Virus record (IMG/VR): IMGVR_UViG_3300036766_001722
DNA length: 40,952 nucleotides
Reading direction: 5' to 3' (one strand)
From: an uncultured virus (IMG/VR IMGVR_UViG_3300036766_001722)
Lineage: Duplodnaviria; Heunggongvirae; Uroviricota; Caudoviricetes
The position numbers were made by a program, and so were the translations under genes. This document shows positions 25,857 to 36,449 of the stretch, piece after piece. Each line of letters begins with the position of its first letter. Within the stretch, counting starts at the first letter, position 1. The notes beneath the pieces were generated by a model that had not been told where the DNA came from, did not search any database, and saw only the letters and a program-made list of their open reading frames with translations.

Positions 25857-26107
25857 CGATCGACATCGAGAACACAGCGCTCGCCGACGTACGGATGCAT
25901 CTGCGTCAGCAGCTCGAAGAGATGCACGGGGACGAGCAGGACGCGGACGACGCGGCGAGCGAGTTCGAGCGTGCGTTCCGCGACATCGAGCGCGCGAAGC
26001 TGGCGCGTGAGGCCGAAGAGTGGGCGGAGCGCGTCAGCAAGGAGGCGCAGCCGGTCAGCGCTGTGAACGTGCTCCGTGACTTCGCTCGGCACCTGAGAAG
26101 CGCATGA
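25853..26107 (+). CDS. hypothetical protein
   Basis: Coupled ORF. Confidence 0.55.
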   Translation: MTIDIENTALADVRMHLRQQLEEMHGDEQDADDAASEFERAFRDIERAKLAREAEEWAERVSKEAQPVSAVNVLRDFARHLRSA

Positions 26108-26298
26108 CGCTGCGGTTCACGGTCGAGGTGACGTCCGAGAATCACGACGGCCCTGCGTTGGCCTCGTTTCTCGATCGGCTCGGAGCGTATGTCATCGTGC
26201 TGACGCACGAGGAGCTGAAGAGCGGTTCGTCGTTCCGCATCGCGAGCAACGACGGCAAGACCGTACTCGTTGCTCGGGGTGAGGAGAACGGGCGATGA
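26104..26298 (+). CDS. hypothetical protein
   Basis: Coupled ORF. Confidence 0.5.
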   Translation: MTLRFTVEVTSENHDGPALASFLDRLGAYVIVLTHEELKSGSSFRIASNDGKTVLVARGEENGR

Positions 26299-26618
26299 TG
26301 GAGGACAGCACTGCGTGGGCGTGGGTCAGGCTCCTGGTCGTCATCGTGATCATCGCCGCAACGATCGTCTTCTTCAGCCACGTCGACGATCTGAAAGACC
26401 GAGCGGCGTACGGAGAAGGACGGCGCGCCGGATGGAACGCTGCCCATCGGGAGGCGACCCGTGATCAGCTTCGTGATCGTCAGGCACTCGACGCGGCACG
26501 CCGCGAGTGCGAGGAGGAGTGCGAGGACAGCCTCGCACGGCAGAGAGGCGTACTGGTGGAACAGATCGAAGAGTGCCAGGGCGAGCTGGTGGTGAGCCGA
26601 ATCAACGAGCGGCGATGA
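26295..26618 (+). CDS. membrane-anchored coiled-coil hypothetical protein
   Basis: N-terminal TM; GAGGAG RBS. Confidence 0.6.
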   Translation: MMEDSTAWAWVRLLVVIVIIAATIVFFSHVDDLKDRAAYGEGRRAGWNAAHREATRDQLRDRQALDAARRECEEECEDSLARQRGVLVEQIEECQGELVVSRINERR

Positions 26619-26839
26619 CCCTGCCCATCAAGAAGCTGCCGCCGTCGGGGCCCGACACGCCGCGCAAACTGTCGCGCCGGTACCGCGTCGACTGCGAGTT
26701 GATCGCCGGGATGCGTGGCGGGTCCGGGTTGTGGCTGGTCTACGACACGCTCGAGAAGTGCAACTACGCCATCGGGATCGAGACCCGTGACGGCGCTCGC
26801 GCGCTCGCGCGCGAGCTGAACGACGGAGGAAAACGTTGA
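26615..26839 (+). CDS. hypothetical protein
   Basis: Coupled ORF. Confidence 0.5.
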   Translation: MTLPIKKLPPSGPDTPRKLSRRYRVDCELIAGMRGGSGLWLVYDTLEKCNYAIGIETRDGARALARELNDGGKR

Positions 26840-27108
26840 CCGTGATGAACGACCAGAACCGGCGCATCTACGTGGGCGGCCTGCCGTGGGAGACGACGAG
26901 CGATCTCCTCAGCGACCTCTTCAACCTTGGCGAGCGCGCCGCTGAGCGCATCGACATGCCGAAGGATCGGGAGAGCGGCGAGTTCCGCGGCTTCGCCTTC
27001 GTGACGATGAAGACGGACCGGCTGGCGCAGATCGCGGTGGCCCTCTTCGATGGGTTCAGGGTCGACAGCCGGCAGATCCGTGTCCGCATCGCGGAGGCTC
27101 GCAAGTGA
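26836..27108 (+). CDS. single-RRM RNA-binding protein
   Basis: RNP2 IYVGGL, RNP1 RGFAFVTM, DRESG. Confidence 0.92.
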   Translation: MTVMNDQNRRIYVGGLPWETTSDLLSDLFNLGERAAERIDMPKDRESGEFRGFAFVTMKTDRLAQIAVALFDGFRVDSRQIRVRIAEARK

Positions 27109-27374
27109 TGATCGAGGTCATCGTGGTTGCCATCCTGACGTTGCTGTTGCACGTCTGGATCTGGGCGTACGGACGCATCGACCGTCGTTACAACGTGCAG
27201 ATGGTGCGGATCTGGCGGCGCTACAAGCGCCAGGCCGAGGAGGACCAGCGGCACTACAAGGAAGAGCGTCGCGAGATCGATCGGCAGTTTCAGGAGAACG
27301 TCGAGCGGTTTCGCGCGGAGATGCGAGGCCCGTTCGGCATGAGCGCCCCGAAGGCGCCGACGAGGCCGAGCTGA
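27105..27374 (+). CDS. membrane-anchored hypothetical protein
   Basis: N-terminal TM followed by a charged helix. Confidence 0.55.
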   Translation: MMIEVIVVAILTLLLHVWIWAYGRIDRRYNVQMVRIWRRYKRQAEEDQRHYKEERREIDRQFQENVERFRAEMRGPFGMSAPKAPTRPS

Positions 27375-28297
27375 TGACGAAGCGAACGAAGATAATCCTC
27401 GCGGGGCTGATCGCGCTTGTTCCCGTCAGTTTCTGTGGGTGCTGCGTCGTGACCGGCGTGATCGCATCGCACGAGACCGCGGAACAACAGCGTCTCATCG
27501 CCGAGGGACGGGCTGCGTGCCACGCGCCGTCCGTCTGGCGCGTGCGCAAGGACCAGAACGGTAGTCAGGCGTCGGACTGGGAATGCGCGTCGGCAGACGT
27601 CGTCGCGGCCGAGACGCGCGCAGCGGACGCGCACACGGCGGAGGTCAACGCTGCCGCGGCCCGCCAGGTCGCGGCAGCGCAAGCCGCCCAAGCAGCCCAG
27701 CCTGCCGCGCCAGTAGCCGCGGCCGGATGCACGAACACGTGCGAGTACGCGAACGATCACGGATGCGACGATGGCCGCCCGAACTCGGTAACGTCTCTTT
27801 GCGATCTCGGCACTGACTGCAACGACTGTGGTCCGTTGGGGCAGGCGATGCGCGTGCCCGAGGTAGCGGCGGCAGACAGCGTCGTGACTGGTGAAGCGCA
27901 GATCGCATGGCTACCCACCGTCCACGCCAACTGCGAGCGATACCAGGCGGCAGCGAACGAGATCCAGCAGAGCGCCATCTTCCGAGAGAACGAGCGGTTC
28001 GTTACCGGCAAGGAACTGCGGAACGTAACCGGCACGCTAGACACGTTGAGCACCGACCAGGGAGGGGACGGTCTGACCCTGGCAGTCAAGGTGGGCGATG
28101 ACGTCGATCTCTCCACCGACGTTTCTCATCCGATTCCACTGCGGTCGGCTGTCTACCAGCAAGCATCGGTGCTCGCGGAAGATCAGTGCGTCGTGTTCTC
28201 GGCCACGGTGCTCGGCGCGTCGTCGATGATGGAAGAGAGCAAGGTATGCGACACGGAGTACGTCGTGCGCTTCTCCTCGATCCGTCCGTGCCCGTAG
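27374..28297 (+). CDS. exported/membrane protein with Cys-rich CxNTC...CDDG...GTDCxDCG module and possible OB-fold C-terminus
   Basis: N-terminal TM; CTNTCEYANDHGCDDGRPNSVTSLCDLGTDCNDCG. Confidence 0.65.
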   Translation: MTKRTKIILAGLIALVPVSFCGCCVVTGVIASHETAEQQRLIAEGRAACHAPSVWRVRKDQNGSQASDWECASADVVAAETRAADAHTAEVNAAAARQVAAAQAAQAAQPAAPVAAAGCTNTCEYANDHGCDDGRPNSVTSLCDLGTDCNDCGPLGQAMRVPEVAAADSVVTGEAQIAWLPTVHANCERYQAAANEIQQSAIFRENERFVTGKELRNVTGTLDTLSTDQGGDGLTLAVKVGDDVDLSTDVSHPIPLRSAVYQQASVLAEDQCVVFSATVLGASSMMEESKVCDTEYVVRFSSIRPCP

Positions 28298-28393
28298 CAC
28301 CGGTGCCGTGCTACGGTCGTTGGGCCGGCCAGCGTTAGCGCTCTCTCCCCTCCCCCCAAAGAGCGCGGTAGGGCGTTGGCCGGCAACTAACTG

Positions 28394-28765
28394 ATGGACC
28401 GCGTCACCGTCCTGATCATCGACCCGCGCACGAAGGCAGCGCACCTAAAGGTGTCGGCCGACGTCGCGCGCTCGGCGGCGGAGAGAGCAAAGGGCTACCA
28501 GCACGCGCGCGCCGTCGCGTCTGGCACCGGCTTGCTCTTCGTCTTCCCGTCCACGGCACGGTGGGCCTTCTGGATGAAGGACACACCGGTACCGCTCGAT
28601 CTCGTTCTCGCAGACGCGGACGGCTTCGTCGTGGGGAAACAGCAGTTGCGTCCGCTCGACGAGACGCGCGTGGTCCCGTCCCGTCCGATCCGTTACGCGC
28701 TCGAAGTCGCGCGGGGGGCAGCGGGGAAGGTGCGGCTGGGCGACTACGTGACGATCAGCGGCTGA
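28394..28765 (+). CDS. DUF192 family protein
   Basis: GLLFVF...FWMKDTPVPLD...YALEVARG. Confidence 0.85.
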   Translation: MDRVTVLIIDPRTKAAHLKVSADVARSAAERAKGYQHARAVASGTGLLFVFPSTARWAFWMKDTPVPLDLVLADADGFVVGKQQLRPLDETRVVPSRPIRYALEVARGAAGKVRLGDYVTISG

Positions 28766-29585
28766 GGTGATCCCGCGGACCGTGGTCCGCGAGCATCTTG
28801 CCAGCGAAGCCGTCGCACGCGTGGCAGATGTGGGCTTTGCACCCGAAGCAGTACTCGTCGCCGAGAGCCGGCTGGCCGCAGTGGAAGCAGTTGCCATCTT
28901 TCGCCGGAGCCCACACTTCCCCTTTGCTGACATTGGCGTCGCCGAGGGAACCGAGATCAACCGATGCGACGTCGGCACCGCCGAGCGCGCCAAGTCCAGG
29001 CGTCGCGACCTCGGGCTCGTCGAGCATGCTGTCGTGATCGTCGGCGAGGACGCCGTCGTTCGCGTGTGCGTCGGCAACGGCTGTCGGGGCAGGCTGTCGA
29101 GCCGGAGGAACGTCACCGCGGGCGGCGGCGCAGGCACGGCACATGATGCCGTTCGCGTCGTTGTAGAAGATGCCGCTGTGCGGGGCGATGGTAGAGCCGC
29201 ACACGGTGCAGCGACGAGGCCGACGCGGAGGCGCCTCCTCCGTCTCGGCGACCTCGTGGCACATCGGGCAGTTCGGATGAATGCACGCGACGAGGAGGTC
29301 GTCGGGATGGCGACGGAACGCACGATGCGCGTACGGAGGACGCCCGTACGGCGTGTACGCGTACGGAGGCATGACAGGGTACGTCTCTGCCGGGGGCAAG
29401 GCTGCGGCGGGCAGCGGCGGACGGCTCACCTCGATCAGCGCGCTCAGCGTGGCGCGGTGGATGTCCGCGATCGCGTCGGCGATGGAACGCCCCTGCGGCT
29501 TGTCGTCATCGGCGCCGCGCATGCGCTCGTAGTTGCCGAGCAGCTCCTGGTTCCACATCGATTCGAACAGCGTGTTCTCGCTCAT
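28755..29585 (-). CDS. multi-zinc-finger hypothetical protein
   Basis: GGAGGA RBS; several CxxC pairs. Confidence 0.6.
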   Translation of the reverse strand: MSENTLFESMWNQELLGNYERMRGADDDKPQGRSIADAIADIHRATLSALIEVSRPPLPAAALPPAETYPVMPPYAYTPYGRPPYAHRAFRRHPDDLLVACIHPNCPMCHEVAETEEAPPRRPRRCTVCGSTIAPHSGIFYNDANGIMCRACAAARGDVPPARQPAPTAVADAHANDGVLADDHDSMLDEPEVATPGLGALGGADVASVDLGSLGDANVSKGEVWAPAKDGNCFHCGQPALGDEYCFGCKAHICHACDGFAGKMLADHGPRDHLSR

Positions 29586-29772
29586 GTCTCGTCCTCCTGG
29601 CGCCCGTCGCGACGTCGAGAGAAACACGTTGCACGCTCGCGGTCAACGCGCTACAAGCTCTTCGTGACCGATCGTCCGCAGCTCCTGGCCCTACACGGTG
29701 TGCTCACCCTTCTGGGTGAGCACCTTACCGTGGCCGTGGCGCGCTGACGACGACGCTGCGGCCTCCTAGCTA

Positions 29773-29858
29773 GGCCAAGTGGCGTAAGGGCAGCCGCGCT
29801 GCGTTCAGAACGCAGTGTCCTCCGGGACGTGCAGGTTCGATTCCTGTCTTGGCCACCA
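29773..29858 (+). tRNA. tRNA-Leu(CAG)
   Basis: Acceptor GGCCAAG/CTTGGCC, anticodon arm CTGCG-TTCAGAA-CGCAG, long variable arm, GGTTCGATTCC T-arm, A73 and encoded CCA. Confidence 0.93.
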
Positions 29859-29862
29859 GTTA

Positions 29863-29948
29863 CCACCCGTGGTGGAATGGCAGTCACGCTGGCTCGAGGT
29901 GCCAGTGCCCGCAAGGGTGTGCGAGTTCGACTCTCGCCGGGTGGACCA
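29863..29948 (+). tRNA. tRNA-Leu(GAG) with atypical C33
   Basis: Acceptor CCACCCG/CGGGTGG, CTGGC-TCGAGGT-GCCAG, long variable arm, TTCGA T-loop, A73 and CCA. Confidence 0.88.
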
Positions 29949-29952
29949 GGCG

Positions 29953-29981
29953 TTGACATGGTGTCGGACAGCATGTAGAAC
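29953..29981 (+). promoter_or_regulatory. operator-bearing promoter of rtcB
   Basis: TTGACA-TGG-TGTCGGACA-GCATG-TAGAAC. Confidence 0.8.
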
Positions 29982-29993
29982 GGACGCTACAAC

Positions 29994-32174
<2,181 letters not shown>

Positions 32175-32176
32175 CG

Positions 32177-32455
32177 ATGACGCCGCTCGAAGAAGCACAG
32201 CGGGCTCGTGACGCGGCGGCATCGGAGCTACGTCGTGCGGAGCAGGCGCTTCGCGATGCCGATGCACACGTCGAAGAAGTCGAGACACGGCAGATGCTCT
32301 TCGATCTGACGGCGGTGCTTCCGAGCCTCTCGGTGTCGGAGCTATGTGAAAGGGTCGCTGACCATGCGCGCGCCCATCAGACCGGCAAGACCGATGCGCA
32401 CTGGCGCTGCTTTCGCGCAGCGCTCGCGGAGCTAGCGCGGAGAGCCCTGCGATGA
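32177..32455 (+). CDS. hypothetical protein
   Basis: ORF directly after rtcB. Confidence 0.55.
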   Translation: MTPLEEAQRARDAAASELRRAEQALRDADAHVEEVETRQMLFDLTAVLPSLSVSELCERVADHARAHQTGKTDAHWRCFRAALAELARRALR

Positions 32456-32940
32456 CGATCATCGCCGGTACCGGTCACCGGCCGAACAAGCTCACCGCCC
32501 ACGTGGCGCTCCCGAAGCTACACGAGTTTGCGACCATGGTGCTCGCGTCGAAGTTCAAGCCTACGCGCGTGATCTCCGGCATGGCGGTCGGCTGGGACAT
32601 TGCACTGGCCGAGGCCGCGCTGGGGCTAGGGATCCCGTTCGTGGCTGCTGTGCCGTTCAGGGGGCAGGAGAGCGCGTGGCCGCAGGACGCGCAGCGGCGG
32701 TACGGCTCCCTGCTGGGGCTCGCCGCTGAGGTCGTCTACGTCTGCGAGCCGGGCTACGAGGCGTGGAAGTACCAGCGCAGAAACGAGTTCATGGTCGATC
32801 AGTGCGACGTGCTGTTCGCGCTCTGGAACGGCTCACCGGGCGGCACCGCGAATTGCGTGAGGTACGCGCAGAAAGTGGGAAAGAAGATCGTCAACGTGTG
32901 GGACGACATGGAGCGCTGGTCGGCGTGCTCCGATGGCTAA
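32452..32940 (+). CDS. YspA/DUF1273-like SLOG family protein
   Basis: TGHRP, ISGMAVGWD, RRNEFMVD, GGTANCVRYA. Confidence 0.88.
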   Translation: MTIIAGTGHRPNKLTAHVALPKLHEFATMVLASKFKPTRVISGMAVGWDIALAEAALGLGIPFVAAVPFRGQESAWPQDAQRRYGSLLGLAAEVVYVCEPGYEAWKYQRRNEFMVDQCDVLFALWNGSPGGTANCVRYAQKVGKKIVNVWDDMERWSACSDG

Positions 32941-33121
32941 GCTCGTCGGCGTGTACGAGGTGGTCAACGGCAAGCGCGTGCTCCTGCGCTGCGAGTGGGA
33001 GTGCTGCATCGCGCCGTCCGTGAGCATCGTGACCGTGAAGGGCGTCACGGCGAGCCTGTGCGCCGCGCATGCGATCGAAGCACGCAAGACGGGCGGGCTG
33101 ATCCTTCGACACCGCCGTTGA
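32933..33121 (+). CDS. small hypothetical protein
   Basis: Overlapping ORF with Cys/His motif. Confidence 0.45.
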   Translation: MAKLVGVYEVVNGKRVLLRCEWECCIAPSVSIVTVKGVTASLCAAHAIEARKTGGLILRHRR

Positions 33122-33146
33122 CAACGTGTCCGACAGGTAGTACGTT
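33118..33146 (+). promoter_or_regulatory. operator-bearing promoter
   Basis: TTGACA-ACG-TGTCCGACA-GGTAG-TACGTT. Confidence 0.8.
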
Positions 33147-33152
33147 GCGGCG

Positions 33153-33515
33153 GTGACGGTGATCGAGCTAATCGCTGTCGTGTTCAATCCCGTGACCCTC
33201 GTGGTCGCGGGATTGGTCGGGTACTTCTTCCTCCTCGGGAAGACCGACGGGCAGGGGACGGGTGAGCGCGTCAAAGAACGGCTGCAGCGTCAGCACTACT
33301 ACCGGCTCGTCGAAGACCAGGCGGAAGAGCAGCAGCGTCATCGTCGGCTTGGCCAGGAGGAAGGGCGGCGCGCTGCGCTGCGCATGATCGTCAAGGACAA
33401 GACGCAGGAGCCGTCGTACCGGACAGCGGCGGCACGGCTGCTCAAGTGCTGCCCGGTGTGCTCCCGGCAGTGCATTCACTGCGCGAAGGAAGACAGGGAG
33501 CACGATGCTGCGTGA
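33153..33515 (+). CDS. membrane-anchored protein with C-terminal Cys cluster
   Basis: N-terminal TM; CCPVC..CIHC. Confidence 0.6.
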   Translation: MTVIELIAVVFNPVTLVVAGLVGYFFLLGKTDGQGTGERVKERLQRQHYYRLVEDQAEEQQRHRRLGQEEGRRAALRMIVKDKTQEPSYRTAAARLLKCCPVCSRQCIHCAKEDREHDAA

Positions 33516-33530
33516 ACGGGGAGGTCGTCG

Positions 33531-34193
33531 ATGACCAACGAGAAGGAAGACGTGCGGCACGCGTTGACGGTGCCGCCGATGACGTGGGCGGCGGAGGACG
33601 AGGCCCGGTGCCTGCGCGACATCGGTGACGACGCTGGCTACTGCATCGGCGCGGAGTTCGGCGCCCTTCGCGCCGCCCTGGCAGCCGAGCGGGAGAAGTG
33701 CGCGAGGCTGCGGGCCCCAAGACTGGCACCCGTCCAGGGCGAGCGTGGAGTGCCGTTTCCGGGTCGCGTCCCGTGGGAGTTGTCGGCCCGTGCGTGGGGG
33801 CAGTACGCCGCCCTCGGGCACGGCGGCCAATCACACGAGCGCTTGTGCGAGCGCGGCGGGTTCGGCGTGTACGAGTTCGTGCACCTGCTGCACGGGCGCA
33901 ACCCGTACCGCACAGCGGCGGTGCCCTCCGCCGAGGAGATCGCGGCCGTACGCGACGAGTGCGAGGGGCGTACCGCCCTCCACGCCCAGGTCACCGCGTT
34001 GACGGTGGACCTCACCTCTCTCCGCGCAGAGCACGAGGCGCTCAGGGGCGCGGCGGAGAAGCTGCTGGCGGTGGACTTCGACGATGGGGGGTTCGATTGG
34101 TGTGCGGCGTGCAAAGAGCATCCGAGCCGCGGACACCGGACCAACTGCCCGCTTCTTGCCCTCCGCGTCGCGCTCGGGAACGGAGGCGGGTGA
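33531..34193 (+). CDS. mosaic phage hypothetical protein (GQS.ERL.ERGGF motif plus zinc motif)
   Basis: GGAGG RBS; ends ALGNGG. Confidence 0.6.
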   Translation: MTNEKEDVRHALTVPPMTWAAEDEARCLRDIGDDAGYCIGAEFGALRAALAAEREKCARLRAPRLAPVQGERGVPFPGRVPWELSARAWGQYAALGHGGQSHERLCERGGFGVYEFVHLLHGRNPYRTAAVPSAEEIAAVRDECEGRTALHAQVTALTVDLTSLRAEHEALRGAAEKLLAVDFDDGGFDWCAACKEHPSRGHRTNCPLLALRVALGNGGG

Positions 34194-34405
34194 TGGGAGC
34201 GATCCTTCCTCGCGCCTGGTGGGAACTCGTCGAACAGGCGAACGGACGGCTCTACCTCGGGCAGGACGGCGTCCGTGACCCGGACTTTCCGTGCGTTGAG
34301 TTCGTGCGCGGTGCGCCAAACGGGTGGTGCGACACGGACGGGCACTACATGTGCAGAGAGTGCACATGGTCGAGCGCCGCGCTCGGGAAGGGAGGTGGGG
34401 CGTGA
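34193..34405 (+). CDS. small Cys-rich hypothetical protein (CDTDGHYMCREC)
   Basis: TGATG coupling; ends ALGKGGGA. Confidence 0.6.
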   Translation: MGAILPRAWWELVEQANGRLYLGQDGVRDPDFPCVEFVRGAPNGWCDTDGHYMCRECTWSSAALGKGGGA

Positions 34406-34872
34406 CGACGCGCATCGCCAGCGTCCGTCAAGAAAGCCTTCTTGCGCGGCTGCCCGACGCGCCGAGCGACGGAATGCGCTGCGTCGGCGGAATCAAGCGC
34501 ACCGCCGAGTCGCTCGTTGAGCGCGGATGGGCCCGCTGCGTCGGTGAGGGCGTGATCAATGGACGGCGGTTCTACGTTCGCACCGTCGAGGGTGCGAGGA
34601 TGCTCGCCAACCTGCGGCTCGGGAAGGGAGGCGGGTGGATGGCGCGAAGAGGACCGACGATGCGCCGTCCCGGAACGTCCGAGGTGGGGCCGCAGCGCGA
34701 GGTGATCGCGGAGTGGCGCGCGCTCGGTACGATGCTCGCGCCGCCTGGGTTCGTGCTCGCCGGGTGGGATCCGGGGCTCCGGTTTGTTCACCCGTCGCAG
34801 CGCAGCATCGAACTGGACGAGCGCTTGGCCGTGCATCTGCACGCACTGCTGACGCGGAAAGGCTCCCCGTGA
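34402..34872 (+). CDS. hypothetical protein, probably a fusion of two small genes at an LGKGGG junction
   Basis: Internal junction repeat at 34617-34637 followed by an in-frame ATG. Confidence 0.5.
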   Translation: MTTRIASVRQESLLARLPDAPSDGMRCVGGIKRTAESLVERGWARCVGEGVINGRRFYVRTVEGARMLANLRLGKGGGWMARRGPTMRRPGTSEVGPQREVIAEWRALGTMLAPPGFVLAGWDPGLRFVHPSQRSIELDERLAVHLHALLTRKGSP

Positions 34873-35051
34873 CGCGCGCGAAGAAGCCGCCGCGGGCGTG
34901 GTACGCGCGGGGCCTGGACATCGTCAGGTGCGGTCCGTTCGACACGTACGACGAGGCCCTTGCGTCCATCCGACTGGTGCCCCGTGCGGACAGGCGCGTG
35001 TTCCCGGACAATGCGTTTGTGTGGAGCGAGCCGAAGGAGAAGAAGCGATGA
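34869..35051 (+). CDS. small hypothetical protein ending PKEKKR
   Basis: Coupled ORF. Confidence 0.5.
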   Translation: MTRAKKPPRAWYARGLDIVRCGPFDTYDEALASIRLVPRADRRVFPDNAFVWSEPKEKKR

Positions 35052-35242
35052 AAGCGAAGAGGCCGCCGCAGCGGATAGTTCACCACGGCCGCGACGTCAA
35101 CCCATTCGGCGACGTGCGCGCCTCATGCGGGCGCCGCGTCGGGCCGAGCGCGTCGCGGCGGTACACGTGGGAGGGCGTCACCTGCAAGGACTGCCTGCGC
35201 TACCGCCTCGACGAGCCGAAGCCGAAGGAGAAGAAGCGATGA
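35048..35242 (+). CDS. small zinc-finger-like protein ending PKEKKR
   Basis: H...CG...VTCKDC. Confidence 0.55.
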   Translation: MKAKRPPQRIVHHGRDVNPFGDVRASCGRRVGPSASRRYTWEGVTCKDCLRYRLDEPKPKEKKR

Positions 35243-35655
35243 AGGACGACACGGTCACGGTCATGCAGGCCGTATTCAACGAGGCCCCTGCCGGCTGGCT
35301 CCACAATCTCGCGATGGGCATGGCCTCGCACATCGCGGCCATCGACAACGACAGCGCCGCCGTCGCCTCGTACATTGAGCGCCACCTGGCCCCGCTCGCC
35401 GCGTTGGCGCGCTCGGAGGGACGCACATGGATGATGCTGCGCGATCTCTCCCGCCGGCACACCCCTGCTGCCGCCCCGCCCGCGCAGAGCACCGCGGAGG
35501 TGGTCGACGCGATCGTGGCGTGGCTGCGGGAGCGCACGCGAGAACACTGGCCCGATCCACCCGGCACCGTGCCTGGCGACGCGCTAGACGTATGGAGCGC
35601 GGCTGCGTTCAAGTCCGCCGCCGACCACATCGCCGCGACGTGGGGGAAGCGATGA
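35239..35655 (+). CDS. hypothetical protein
   Basis: Coupled ORF. Confidence 0.55.
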   Translation: MKDDTVTVMQAVFNEAPAGWLHNLAMGMASHIAAIDNDSAAVASYIERHLAPLAALARSEGRTWMMLRDLSRRHTPAAAPPAQSTAEVVDAIVAWLRERTREHWPDPPGTVPGDALDVWSAAAFKSAADHIAATWGKR

Positions 35656-36449
35656 GCGCGCTCGAACGGGTTTGTCCACGCTGCAAGTGGGATGGCTGCA
35701 AGGCGCCCGAGTGCTGGCCGCTGTGCTCGTCGTGCCTCGCGCGGGCCGGCGCGCCGGTTGAGACGGTGCGCGCCGCAGTAGTTCGCGAGGCCGCCTCCTC
35801 GTGTCCGGAGCCCGGCAGCTTCGACGTTCCCGACGCGAGGGGCCACGTGCGTACGTACTCGAAGAGCTGTGACAACTGCGGCGCGACGAACGCCGCGGCT
35901 TTCGCGGAGCCGTGTCCACGTGCTGTCGCTCCACCGGAGCGACAGGTTCGCGAGGTGGCGCCGGGCGTGTTTCAAGCGACCTGTTCGTACTCGATCTTCG
36001 GTTCCACTCCTCCCTCGCGCCCGGAGGCGCCGAGCGTGGAGGAGGCCTACGGCGACGTCGTGAACGCCATCGGTCCGACACGCGACGGTGTCGTGCTGGT
36101 GGGTGCCCTCATCGCCGCCGTCCGCGCCGAGCAGTCCTCCGTGCGGCTGACCGAGGAGCGGGACGAGGCGAAGCGGCGGCTGCGCTTCATCGGCGGCATC
36201 GTCGGCAACGAGGACGAGGCGACGATGGACATGGCTGTCCACCGTCATCAGCACGAGCGCGTGGCAGCGCTAGCCGCCCTCGCCTCCCTGCGCGCCGAGC
36301 ACGAGCGGCTGCGGAGCGCGGCGGAGGTCGCAGAAGCCGAGTTGCATGCACATGCGCTGCTAGCGGCCGACCCGCGACACGGCCGCCGCGCCGAGGTGTG
36401 TGCCGATGCCCTCCGCGCCGCGCTCGGGAAGGGAGGCGGTCGTGACTGA
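35652..36449 (+). CDS. mosaic hypothetical protein with zinc ribbons, ending ALGKGG
   Basis: Coupled ORF; shares SLRAEHE with 33531..34193. Confidence 0.55.
   Translation: MSALERVCPRCKWDGCKAPECWPLCSSCLARAGAPVETVRAAVVREAASSCPEPGSFDVPDARGHVRTYSKSCDNCGATNAAAFAEPCPRAVAPPERQVREVAPGVFQATCSYSIFGSTPPSRPEAPSVEEAYGDVVNAIGPTRDGVVLVGALIAAVRAEQSSVRLTEERDEAKRRLRFIGGIVGNEDEATMDMAVHRHQHERVAALAALASLRAEHERLRSAAEVAEAELHAHALLAADPRHGRRAEVCADALRAALGKGGGRD

Noticed and set aside
29615..29640. sigma54 (RtcR-type) promoter ahead of the tRNA-rtcB unit
   Set aside because: TTGCA is present but there is no TGGCAC -24 element at the required spacing.
29863..29948. Second tRNA as tRNA-Ser(CGA) or as a YrlA tRNA-mimic
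   Set aside because: The 5-bp stem and 7-nt loop centre the anticodon on GAG, the discriminator is A, and a complete cloverleaf with CCA is present.
29773..29948. tRNAs as a prophage attachment site
   Set aside because: There is no integrase and no duplicated tRNA 3' end in the window, and viral-type genes continue on both sides.
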